Shown here: piece after piece, positions 9,187 through 17,152 of the stretch
Layout of the letters: every line of letters begins with the position of its first letter
Position numbering within the stretch: position 1 is the first letter of the stretch
IMG/VR virus record: IMGVR_UViG_3300044646_001937
Location: 124,001 to 188,000 of that record
Direction: 5' to 3' (one strand)
DNA length: 64,000 bases
Program-made: the position numbers and the translations under genes
Notes under the pieces: model-generated
What the model was told of the DNA's origin: nothing
Databases searched by the model: none
Seen by the model: only the letters and a program-made list of their open reading frames with translations

Positions 9187-10629
9187 ATGTACAAGGGTCT
9201 AATTAAATTCAGCTCTACAGACGATTGGAATTGGGATGTCGATCCTGTTCAATTAATTCATAATGTAAATACACTCACAAAAGCAGGAGCAGATAACTCT
9301 GAGCTTAAGACAGAAAAGACAGCTGGGCAGACGGATGCTCTGGTAATTGCCCTTGGAGCTTACGAGGGTACAGGCGCAAACAGAAATGGAGATATTTTTA
9401 AAGAAGCAGAATGTTTAAAACATTACAAAACATTCATTAAATCAGGCAGTCGCAAGTCTGATGGATCATATGATGGAAGAGCTTTAAACAGACATCATAA
9501 GAACAAACCAACAGATCCTAAATACGGCAACATCAAAGCTGCGACGTACAATAATAAGATGAAGCGTATTGAGTTGGTTATTGGACTAGACAACGACAAG
9601 TGCGCAGAAGAAATTCAAAAGCTAGCAGAAGGAAAGCAGATCAATGTGAGCATGGCTGCCAAGGTTGCATATGATAAGTGCACATGGTGTGGACATGACG
9701 CTAAAACAGACAGCGATAGATGTAAGCACATCCCTAAAGATCTTGGTGAGATTAATAAGCGCGGAGAGATGTGTAGCATGGATAATATAGATCCTAAATG
9801 GTTCGAACTTTCTATTGTAGGAAGACCTGCAGACCGTATAGGTATGTCGCTAAAACTTGCTTCAGATAATAACTATATCAAGACAGCAAATGATTATAGA
9901 GACCTGTATCCAGGGTTTACAATTCCTGAAGAAGATAACACATTTCTAAACATCTCAAAATACGCAGATGAAAAAAGAAGCCTTGTCAAGAAACTCGCTG
10001 CAATTGAAAAGCATATTGACGGTGTGATGAAGTCTACGCCAGCAAACTCGAAAGATAAATACCTTAAAGAGCAGCGCTCTAAACTAAGCGAAGCAGATGG
10101 CATATCTGATGACACTATTGAGGAGCTTAGAAAGTTCGAACCATCAAAACTTTTAAAAGCACTAGCAGATCATGGCATTGTCTTCTCTCCAGAAGATTTC
10201 GTTAAATACTTATTTGGAGCAAAAGCTCTAGGGGCTAAGTCAGAAGATATGTTTAGTAAAATCAAGAAGCGCCTACCTTCGATGTTTTCAGACATGGACG
10301 AGTCAGGTGATGATGAAATGAACGATGATAAGTACGAACCTTCTGTGTCTGATATTATGCCTAAAGGTTTACTGAATATGGTCAAAGGACTTTTCGATGA
10401 TCATTCGCTATTTGACAAACCTTCCCATAATCGAATTATGAGAATTACTATTGTAAAAAAATCTCCAAAAGCTAGACTAGCTTTGAAAGAAGAGAATACA
10501 AAAGAGGCTGCAGTAGATGAATTATCTAGGCAATACAGTATATATAAATTGGCTGCATTACGCTATATCAACAGTCAAAACAAGCTAGATGAAGACACAA
10601 TCTTTAATGCTTTGATGCAAAACAGATAA
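9187..10629 (+). CDS. Prohead (capsid maturation) serine protease, HK97/assemblin-type fold, with Zn-finger insertion and C-terminal extension
   Basis: Motifs NRNGDIF, RHHKN (candidate catalytic His), VSMA (candidate catalytic Ser), CTWCGH..CKH, and FELSIVGRPAD (cf. L.EVS.V..PA of HK97-type proteases). Lies upstream of the scaffold and capsid genes. Confidence 0.8.
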   Translation: MYKGLIKFSSTDDWNWDVDPVQLIHNVNTLTKAGADNSELKTEKTAGQTDALVIALGAYEGTGANRNGDIFKEAECLKHYKTFIKSGSRKSDGSYDGRALNRHHKNKPTDPKYGNIKAATYNNKMKRIELVIGLDNDKCAEEIQKLAEGKQINVSMAAKVAYDKCTWCGHDAKTDSDRCKHIPKDLGEINKRGEMCSMDNIDPKWFELSIVGRPADRIGMSLKLASDNNYIKTANDYRDLYPGFTIPEEDNTFLNISKYADEKRSLVKKLAAIEKHIDGVMKSTPANSKDKYLKEQRSKLSEADGISDDTIEELRKFEPSKLLKALADHGIVFSPEDFVKYLFGAKALGAKSEDMFSKIKKRLPSMFSDMDESGDDEMNDDKYEPSVSDIMPKGLLNMVKGLFDDHSLFDKPSHNRIMRITIVKKSPKARLALKEENTKEAAVDELSRQYSIYKLAALRYINSQNKLDEDTIFNALMQNR

Positions 10630-10636
10630 AAAGTGC

Positions 10637-10665
10637 TTGGAACCTCCAACAAATTAAGATAACAT
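10637..10665 (+). promoter_or_regulatory. sigma70-type promoter TTGGAA-N17-TAACAT
   Basis: Intergenic, with a 17-nt spacer. Confidence 0.5.
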
Positions 10666-10686
10666 TTAAGAACAAATTAACCCACT

Positions 10687-11817
10687 ATGTTAAACAAAAT
10701 ACTATCAAAACTCGCTGCTGAACAACCAATTGATCCTGCGGCTGCACCACAAACCGAAGAGATGCATGAAGCTGCAGAAACCCCACAGATGGAAGCAGCT
10801 GAGCACGCTCCAGGCGGATATGAAGAAGCTGGAGAAGGCGGCGGAGATGAGCTTGCACAGATCGAGCAATTGATTTCACAACTTTCCCCAGAAGAAGTTC
10901 AACAGCTGATTCAAGAACTTGAGGGAGGAGGAGCTGGCGCAGGAGGCGACGATACAGCCAACCTCTCGCAAGCAATTGAAGGACATCTCGCAGAAACGCC
11001 TGAAGCCTCAGTCCCTGAAGCTCCAGAAGAAAAGCAGGCAGCTCTTTCTTTTGTTAAGTCTGCGTCATACATTCATGGGTTTTTAAAGTACGCAACCGAT
11101 CAGGGTGTCGATATTCATCAGGCAGTTGACCTGTATGACAGTGCACTATCTCAAGCCATTCACGATCTCAAAGTAGCCTCTTTGAAAGGTAATCAGACAA
11201 AGCTGGATGTTGATAAAGACGGCAAAATCGAAGCATCTGATTTGGCAAAATTGAGAGCAGGCAAAGGCAAGACCGTAAAAAAGGCAAACGTCGGCGACGC
11301 CTTCACCGCAGCAGGAAGAGCTCTTCGAGGAGGTCTTCCTGACAACGTGACAGAAACATTACAGGGGTTACCTCAGCAGGGCGCAGAAGCATTGCGTGGC
11401 GTTGCCGATAAATTAGACCCAGGATTTTTAGAGCAATTAAAAGCGCAAGCCGGCAATGCCGTTAGTGGTGCGGGTAACTTTATGCGAGAGCATGGCATTG
11501 ATCCAACAATCGCAGCAGCGCTTGGCGGAGGTGCTGCTTTAGGCGCTGGAGGCATGGGGCTATACAAACATCTTACTCGTCCAAAGCAAGAGGAAGAAAT
11601 GAAGATGGCTTCTTACTACGATGGATTATTTGAAAGAGCTTCGGAATATGGTCTCTCCCCAGATGAAACGATTAAGCTTGCTGGCTGGTGGGACACTATT
11701 AAAGAAAAAATGCCCCAAAGAGCAGGAATTCCTGGAGCTGTAGGAGGACCCGCACCAATTCCAGGAAGAATGCCTGAAGGCAAGCCTGTTACAGGCGGCA
11801 CAGCTAAAGCTAAATAA
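10687..11817 (+). CDS. Modular internal head protein (acidic region, EF-hand-like loop, glycine zipper)
   Basis: 8 K-x-A motifs, a DVDKDGKIEASD loop, AALGGGAALGAGGMGLY, and two copies of the Y..G...A...G module. Confidence 0.55.
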   Translation: MLNKILSKLAAEQPIDPAAAPQTEEMHEAAETPQMEAAEHAPGGYEEAGEGGGDELAQIEQLISQLSPEEVQQLIQELEGGGAGAGGDDTANLSQAIEGHLAETPEASVPEAPEEKQAALSFVKSASYIHGFLKYATDQGVDIHQAVDLYDSALSQAIHDLKVASLKGNQTKLDVDKDGKIEASDLAKLRAGKGKTVKKANVGDAFTAAGRALRGGLPDNVTETLQGLPQQGAEALRGVADKLDPGFLEQLKAQAGNAVSGAGNFMREHGIDPTIAAALGGGAALGAGGMGLYKHLTRPKQEEEMKMASYYDGLFERASEYGLSPDETIKLAGWWDTIKEKMPQRAGIPGAVGGPAPIPGRMPEGKPVTGGTAKAK

Positions 11818-11830
11818 CAAAAACAAACTA

Positions 11831-11859
11831 TTTACACTGTAATAAAAAAAGTATAAAAT
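11831..11859 (+). promoter_or_regulatory. sigma70-type promoter TTTACA-N17-TAAAAT
   Basis: Intergenic, 17-nt spacer, followed by an A/C-rich leader. Confidence 0.6.
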
Positions 11860-11881
11860 CAAACAATCAACAACCAAATAT

Positions 11882-12781
11882 ATGGCAAAACTAACAAAAC
11901 ACGCAGAAGTATTAAGTCAGCTCCACTCGATGGTTAAAAAGCAGGCAGAAGAAGCTCAGAAGAATATCTCCGGAGTTCCCGGTGGTGATGTTAAATCTGT
12001 AAGCGTTAGCGATCAGCATGAGTCGACTAACAAGAATTCTGTAGGTCCTGAAAATGTGGCGCAGGGTTATCACCAAAAGCCTTCCGAAGATTCCGCAGAG
12101 CCTCTCTCAGGGTCTAAGAGCGCTAGCGATCTTGGTGCAGAAATTCTGGACATCATCCGCAAGCAGGCAGATGCACAGGATTCCGTGACAGGTAAACCAG
12201 GTGACGTTAAGTCTGAAAGCGTTGGAGACGATCAGGAGAATGTTGATAAGAACAGCGTGAAACCCGAGAACAATAAGCAGGACTACAGCCAGAAAGGTTC
12301 AACTGACGACTCCAAGCCACTAGCCGGCGCCAAGAAGGCTGAAGTTGAAGAATTGGCCGCTAAGGTTGCCAGCTATGAATTAGGTCGTCAGTTTTGTGCA
12401 GCCCTTTTAAAGTCTGCATCTGACAGATTTGAACCTAACCAGGAAGAGCTTATGAAGGAAGCAGGTCGCCGTGATTTCGATCAGTTGATCGCGCAGGCTG
12501 CGTCTGAACTTGAAAGCACAGAAGAAGCCGAAAAGCAGGGAGCCGCACATTTTGATGAAATTACAAAGCAGGCCGCACTTAACAAGGCATTAGAAGAAAA
12601 TGCTCTGTTGACTCAGAAAATTGCTGAGTATGAAAACTATATCAAGACCGCCCAGGAGCAGTATCAAGCAGAAACAGCTGCAGCTGCAGCTCAAGAGCAG
12701 CAAGTCAAATTGGCTGAAGCTGTCGCCGATATTGTTTTGAGTAAGTTAAAGTCTGAAGTTGTCCCTGCTGCAGGAGAATAA
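11882..12781 (+). CDS. Putative capsid scaffolding/prohead core protein
   Basis: Acidic and helical with a C-terminal coiled coil. Has 12 K-x-A motifs and two ~60-aa internal repeats. Lies between the protease and capsid genes. Confidence 0.6.
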   Translation: MAKLTKHAEVLSQLHSMVKKQAEEAQKNISGVPGGDVKSVSVSDQHESTNKNSVGPENVAQGYHQKPSEDSAEPLSGSKSASDLGAEILDIIRKQADAQDSVTGKPGDVKSESVGDDQENVDKNSVKPENNKQDYSQKGSTDDSKPLAGAKKAEVEELAAKVASYELGRQFCAALLKSASDRFEPNQEELMKEAGRRDFDQLIAQAASELESTEEAEKQGAAHFDEITKQAALNKALEENALLTQKIAEYENYIKTAQEQYQAETAAAAAQEQQVKLAEAVADIVLSKLKSEVVPAAGE

Positions 12782-12796
12782 CTTTAGTTAGCGTTT

Positions 12797-12958
12797 ATGC
12801 CTGCTGACTCACAAACTAGTGATAGTATTGAGCAGCAGGCATTGAATGCTATAGCTCATTTACCTCCAGAGGATAAAAAGAAGATCCTCGAATATATCCA
12901 CAGCATCATTAATCTAGAAAAAGTTAAAAATGACCAAGGAAGCTCTACACAAGATTGA
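12797..12958 (+). CDS. Small unannotated protein (53 aa, MPADSQTSDSIEQQALNAIAHLPPEDKKKILEYIHS...)
   Basis: Not in the ORF track. Fills the gap, has a TTTATG start, and its helical LPPEDKKKILEYI resembles LSPEEVQQLIQEL in ORF 10687. Confidence 0.55.
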   Translation: MPADSQTSDSIEQQALNAIAHLPPEDKKKILEYIHSIINLEKVKNDQGSSTQD

Positions 12959-13322
12959 AGAATTTGTCAAAATAGCTCTACATGAGATTAATGACCTTAG
13001 GCAGCAGCTAGCTGCCCAAACTACAAAGATTGCATCAGAAGAGCTGCAGAAGGACAAAGAATTGGAAAGCGCTTTAAAGAAAGCTGCTGAAGCTATGTAC
13101 AACTCAGACTTTATTAACGACGAAGAGGAAAAATTCACGTTTGTTAAAAAGGCTAAAGAAGATTCTAAGTACCTAGCAAGAGTTGTTGAGCGTGTGTGTA
13201 ATGCAGCTGATGTAGCTTACATGGGCAAAACAGCCAAAGTAAAATCCTCCAATCACTCTGATGACCCTGTGGTAAGGAGAGCCTTTGGTTACGATAATAA
13301 CTACAGCCTTTTAGACGAATAA
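12930..13322 (+). CDS. Small coiled-coil head/scaffold-associated protein
   Basis: At least 6 K-x-A motifs in 130 aa, and a DDPVV motif like the EDPVL of ORF 5711. Confidence 0.55.
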   Translation: MTKEALHKIEEFVKIALHEINDLRQQLAAQTTKIASEELQKDKELESALKKAAEAMYNSDFINDEEEKFTFVKKAKEDSKYLARVVERVCNAADVAYMGKTAKVKSSNHSDDPVVRRAFGYDNNYSLLDE

Positions 13323-13326
13323 TATT

Positions 13327-13746
13327 ATGAACAACACTCAGCAAGCATATGTTAACGGATTTATTAAAAGGGCAGCTGAAAACGGTTATTCTGAAGACGA
13401 AGCACTTAATCTGCTTAAGCAAGCAGCCGATCCAGCTAATGATGTGCAACCTGGCACAGCTTCTTTAATCTCTCCTGTAGCAGGAGGTTTATTGGCAGCT
13501 CAAGGGTTAGGCGCAATGGTCGGGCATAATTATGCACCTATTAGCGACAAAGAATTACGTGAAGAAATGGCCTACTCTGAAGATCCATCAATCAGCAAAG
13601 CTCTTAAGTATCTTTTAGTTCCTGGCTATTTCGGCTATCGCCAAGCTAAGAACCAAAGACTTGAGTCTGCTTACGATAAATACAGAGATGCGCAGCGTCA
13701 GCAAAACCCGATGATGGGACAGCAATCACAAATACAGCAATATTAA
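13327..13746 (+). CDS. Putative internal head cargo protein with N-terminal leader module
   Basis: N-terminal AYVNGFIKRAAENGYS..LLKQA, followed by hydrophobic PVAGGLLAAQGLGAMVG. Confidence 0.5.
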   Translation: MNNTQQAYVNGFIKRAAENGYSEDEALNLLKQAADPANDVQPGTASLISPVAGGLLAAQGLGAMVGHNYAPISDKELREEMAYSEDPSISKALKYLLVPGYFGYRQAKNQRLESAYDKYRDAQRQQNPMMGQQSQIQQY

Positions 13747-13753
13747 AATATTG

Positions 13754-13782
13754 TTGACTATAGTAATTTTTTTTAACATAAT
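13754..13782 (+). promoter_or_regulatory. sigma70-type promoter TTGACT-N17-CATAAT for the decoration/capsid transcript
   Basis: Near-consensus hexamers with a 17-nt spacer, upstream of a ~110-nt leader. Confidence 0.65.
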
Positions 13783-13899
13783 ATTTGTATAACTTTGCAT
13801 TAGAACATTTCTAGAAAACCTTGATCGGTAGCTGGGGTGGGAAGGCGAAGCGACAAAAACAACAACAAACAACAAAAACAAAATAGGAGATAGATAAAT

Positions 13900-14397
13900 A
13901 TGATTAACTTCAAAAAAGGACCCGCTCTTAGCTTGCACCAAGTAAATTTCATTGGTAAAGCTGTGGACGGCGAAGACATTGAAGCAGGCCATGTGGTTCG
14001 TCTAAATGATAACGATGGAGTTGTTGAAGTTCTCAAGGGCGCTTCCAGTTCCAGTGTTTCCAAAGACGCAGTCTACGGGTTTGCTATTAACAACCAAGAC
14101 GCAGGAGACGTTATCGAATCAGGTGTTATCGGTGTGTATGCACTTGATGGCGCTTCGGTGATCGAAACAGATAAGTTGCCAGAAGGTACAGTACCTAGCG
14201 ATTACGCTCTTGGCGCACAGGTAACCACAAATACCGCAGGTGAAATTATCACACTGCCTGGTGGGTTTACCGGTAAGGTGCTTGGTCAGGTTGAAGGTTA
14301 TCGCGACCTTCCAAAAACCAAGGAAATTATCGTTGACGGCAAAAAGGTCAAAGTTCAGGGACTTGTTTCCTTCTTGGGCATCAAACTCGCTAGCTAA
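13900..14397 (+). CDS. Putative capsid decoration/cement protein
   Basis: 165 aa and beta-rich (IEAGHVV..VYGFA..G..V..G.V pattern). Immediately upstream of the MCP. Confidence 0.6.
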   Translation: MINFKKGPALSLHQVNFIGKAVDGEDIEAGHVVRLNDNDGVVEVLKGASSSSVSKDAVYGFAINNQDAGDVIESGVIGVYALDGASVIETDKLPEGTVPSDYALGAQVTTNTAGEIITLPGGFTGKVLGQVEGYRDLPKTKEIIVDGKKVKVQGLVSFLGIKLAS

Positions 14398-14425
14398 CCT
14401 TAACCAATAGATTAAAATAAAATAT

Positions 14426-15385
14426 ATGGAAAAAATCGCAAATCAAAGAGTGTTCAACGATACGTTCGTTGAAATGGTTAAAGCTGGCGAAGAAAAGAAG
14501 GCAGCAGTGTCTGCACAGTCTTTCACTCGCAACAAGCTTCGTGAAGAAAGCTTCACGGAAAAGATCATCACCCCTATCGACATCAGCAATGATGACCTCG
14601 ACAAGGCTGAGAATCCTGAGCTTCTTGTTAAGTGGAATGATCGTGAGCCTGATACTGCGCCTGCAGTGACAATCCCATTGGGTGTTGTTCCTGACATGTT
14701 CCAGTTCTCTGGTACTCGTTATCCTTCCTACTTCACTCGTATTACGAGTCCGAAGTTCAACAAGGACATCGACCAGCTCCGTAGCTATGATTACGACATC
14801 CGCGCAATCATGCTTGAGTTGAGCACCAAGGACATTGCAACCGAAATCGACACACGCTTTATGCAGCGCGTGGACAGCATCATCGGTCCAGTCAACGCAG
14901 CCAACACTCTCAACGGCATTGGGCTTCCACAGAATGTCACCATCAGCGGTGGTATTACTCGTGAAAACGTCGCAGAAGCATTCAAGGTCATTCAGCGCCT
15001 GAAGGTTCCATTTGGTCCCTCCCAGCCTGATGGCGGCGAAAGCAAGGGCGTTATGCTCATGAACAACGTCACTGCACAGGACTTCGTTAAGATGAGCCGC
15101 AGTGAAGTTGGTGGTGATCTTGCACAGGAAATGTGGGTGAATGGTCTCCCATCCAAGACTCTCTTGGGTGTTAAGCCGATCTACACAATCAAGCGTGACC
15201 TCGTCAAGGATGGCGAAATCTACTTGTTCTCTTCCGAAGAATTCTTCGGTAAGTACTACAGATTGCAGCCATTGACTGTGTTCATGAAGAACGAAGCATA
15301 CTTCTTGGAGTACTTCCAGTACATGAACCTCTCACTCGCAATCGGTAACGTGAAGGGTGTTGTGAAGGTCAGCTTCAACGCTTAA
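14426..15385 (+). CDS. Major capsid protein (HK97 fold)
   Basis: 319 aa. Strong C-ending codon bias (TTC, AAC, ATC, GAC) typical of a highly expressed gene. Spine-helix-like LSTKDIATEIDTRFM and C-terminal LAIGNVKGVVKV. Follows the protease and scaffold genes and is followed by a strong terminator. Confidence 0.85.
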   Translation: MEKIANQRVFNDTFVEMVKAGEEKKAAVSAQSFTRNKLREESFTEKIITPIDISNDDLDKAENPELLVKWNDREPDTAPAVTIPLGVVPDMFQFSGTRYPSYFTRITSPKFNKDIDQLRSYDYDIRAIMLELSTKDIATEIDTRFMQRVDSIIGPVNAANTLNGIGLPQNVTISGGITRENVAEAFKVIQRLKVPFGPSQPDGGESKGVMLMNNVTAQDFVKMSRSEVGGDLAQEMWVNGLPSKTLLGVKPIYTIKRDLVKDGEIYLFSSEEFFGKYYRLQPLTVFMKNEAYFLEYFQYMNLSLAIGNVKGVVKVSFNA

Positions 15386-15411
15386 GCGATACTAGAGTTA
15401 GTGATTTAATG

Positions 15412-15441
15412 AGGGGACCCTTTAACCAGGGTCCCCTTTTT
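15412..15441 (+). terminator. Intrinsic terminator after the MCP
   Basis: Stem-loop AGGGGACCCT-ttaacc-AGGGTCCCCT followed by a T run. Confidence 0.85.
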
Positions 15442-15447
15442 AATGCC

Positions 15448-15475
15448 TTGATATGATGTTTAAATGCATTATAAT
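15448..15475 (+). promoter_or_regulatory. sigma70-type promoter TTGATA-N16-TATAAT, probably giving a leaderless transcript
   Basis: The -10 box ends 6 nt before the ATG at 15482. Confidence 0.55.
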
Positions 15476-15481
15476 AATCTT

Positions 15482-15715
15482 ATGAATAACGAAAACATTC
15501 TAGCAGAGTTCGAAAGTTTCATTGAGAAATCAGCAATGGTGGCTCCTCAGCAATCTACAGGAACTAATATGCAGATGGAAGGATCTGAAGGCATTGCAAG
15601 CACACCAGCCATGGGTGCTCCACAACCAAGGATAATGCCTACAGGTAACTTCAATACAGGAGCGGGCGCACCTCCTCCACAAAAGGCTAAGGCATTAACC
15701 AACAAGCCTCAGTAA
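15482..15715 (+). CDS. Small low-complexity protein with a K-x-A-terminated N-terminal helix
   Basis: MNNENILAEFESFIEKSA followed by a Pro/Gly/Gln-rich tail. Start 15482 preferred because 15464 lies inside the predicted promoter. Confidence 0.55.
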   Translation: MNNENILAEFESFIEKSAMVAPQQSTGTNMQMEGSEGIASTPAMGAPQPRIMPTGNFNTGAGAPPPQKAKALTNKPQ

Positions 15716-15718
15716 TTC

Positions 15719-16165
15719 ATGGCTACACCAATACTCACAAGCGAGGAAGTGAGACTTTTCCTGCAGGACAGGGAAGAGTTAAATCCTCTTTTACTAGGAG
15801 TTAGATTTACTCCTGAAATGATCGAACAGGCAATGATCAACACAGTTGATTATTATAATCTAATGAACCCTCCCACAGGAGTAATGTATTCTCTAGAATC
15901 TTTTCCATACAGATCATTACTTCTATTAGGTACAGCTTCTTACCTCTTAAGATCAGGAGCCATCAATGAAGCTGCGAATCAGTTGTCCTATGCAGCAGAC
16001 GGTGTACAGGTTAACGACAAGGATAAAGCGCAAATATTCTCATCTTTAGCTCAGAGTTTACAAGCAGACTTTAAAGAACTGGGACAGCAGATTAAAATGA
16101 ATCAGAATATAGCTCAAATCTATGGAGTTAAGCATTCGGAATACATTTATCGTCGCAGATACTAA
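15719..16165 (+). CDS. Putative head-tail adaptor/neck protein
   Basis: 148-aa helical protein just after the capsid genes. Pattern EEVRLFLQD...IEQAM...LSYAADGVQV. Confidence 0.55.
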   Translation: MATPILTSEEVRLFLQDREELNPLLLGVRFTPEMIEQAMINTVDYYNLMNPPTGVMYSLESFPYRSLLLLGTASYLLRSGAINEAANQLSYAADGVQVNDKDKAQIFSSLAQSLQADFKELGQQIKMNQNIAQIYGVKHSEYIYRRRY

Positions 16166-16332
16166 TGAGCGATAAAACATTAAAGCAAGGCATAACCCAG
16201 ATAGGAGAAGCCGCAAAGATACTTCAGAATAGGATAGTAGCAGCCAAAGCTAATCCATTTCTGGGATTTAAGCTGTATGTGAAGATACTCATTAAAAAAG
16301 CTAAGAATTTCGTTGGCACAAATCAATACTAA
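16165..16332 (+). CDS. Small unannotated basic protein (55 aa, MSDKTLKQGITQIGEAAKILQNRIVAAKANPFLGFKLYVK...)
   Basis: Not in the ORF track. Overlaps the upstream gene by TAATG, and its stop abuts the ATG at 16333. Confidence 0.65.
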   Translation: MSDKTLKQGITQIGEAAKILQNRIVAAKANPFLGFKLYVKILIKKAKNFVGTNQY

Positions 16333-17151
16333 ATGATTGGAACTAAAAGAGTTTTTAAAAAAGTAGAGATTATCCCAGAGTGGGTTAATGGTCATTTCGT
16401 GCAATGGCAAATAGACCCTTTCTTTAAAGCCCCTCGACCATACAACTTTTCTTTACAGATATCTGAGACAGACAACTTTTCAGATATTTTGAGAGAGAAG
16501 ACAAATCTAGGAGATGTCTTTTTCACAGTAGATGATTTTAAATTGAAACAGTCTGCTGGAGGCTTCTACTACTATCGCATACAGCTAACAACTGGTGACG
16601 GTAAGAAATATAGCTCACAGCCGATAATGTTTGGTTATAGTATTCAAGAGCAGAGAAAGTATGCGATGGCCGCAGACGGTATTCGTAAAGAAATCCTATT
16701 GTGTAGATATGCAGGCACACAGGCTTGGCTATTACGCAGAAAGACATACAGCGCAGCTACCACAGTAACATCCAAGAACATAGACCCTGTGTCAGGAGTA
16801 CCCATAACAGATACACAGCATGAAGATTATGGTGTAGGTATAGATGGAGGATATTTTGATCCTGTGCCCTGCATGTACCATATAGAATCTAGCAGCCAAG
16901 ATAAACAGCTATCCCCTGACGGTATAGGTGTAAAAGAAACATACGCCTTTAACGTCAGAGCTCCGGGCTATCCTTTGTTTGAGATAAGAGATGTGTTGTG
17001 TGATATTAACGGAGGGCTTAGATATAGCATACAAGCCAGAAACTCTAAAAACTTCCCAGGAACGAGTATCACATTGTTTCAAAAAGCCACACTCATGCAG
17101 ATCCCAAGTACAGACACAATCTACTCAATTCCAATACCTGTAACCGTATAG
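16333..17151 (+). CDS. Putative neck/head-closure protein
   Basis: Lies between the adaptor and the tail completion gene. Beta-rich, with an FN3-like N-terminal part. Confidence 0.45.
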   Translation: MIGTKRVFKKVEIIPEWVNGHFVQWQIDPFFKAPRPYNFSLQISETDNFSDILREKTNLGDVFFTVDDFKLKQSAGGFYYYRIQLTTGDGKKYSSQPIMFGYSIQEQRKYAMAADGIRKEILLCRYAGTQAWLLRRKTYSAATTVTSKNIDPVSGVPITDTQHEDYGVGIDGGYFDPVPCMYHIESSSQDKQLSPDGIGVKETYAFNVRAPGYPLFEIRDVLCDINGGLRYSIQARNSKNFPGTSITLFQKATLMQIPSTDTIYSIPIPVTV

Positions 17152-17152
17152 T

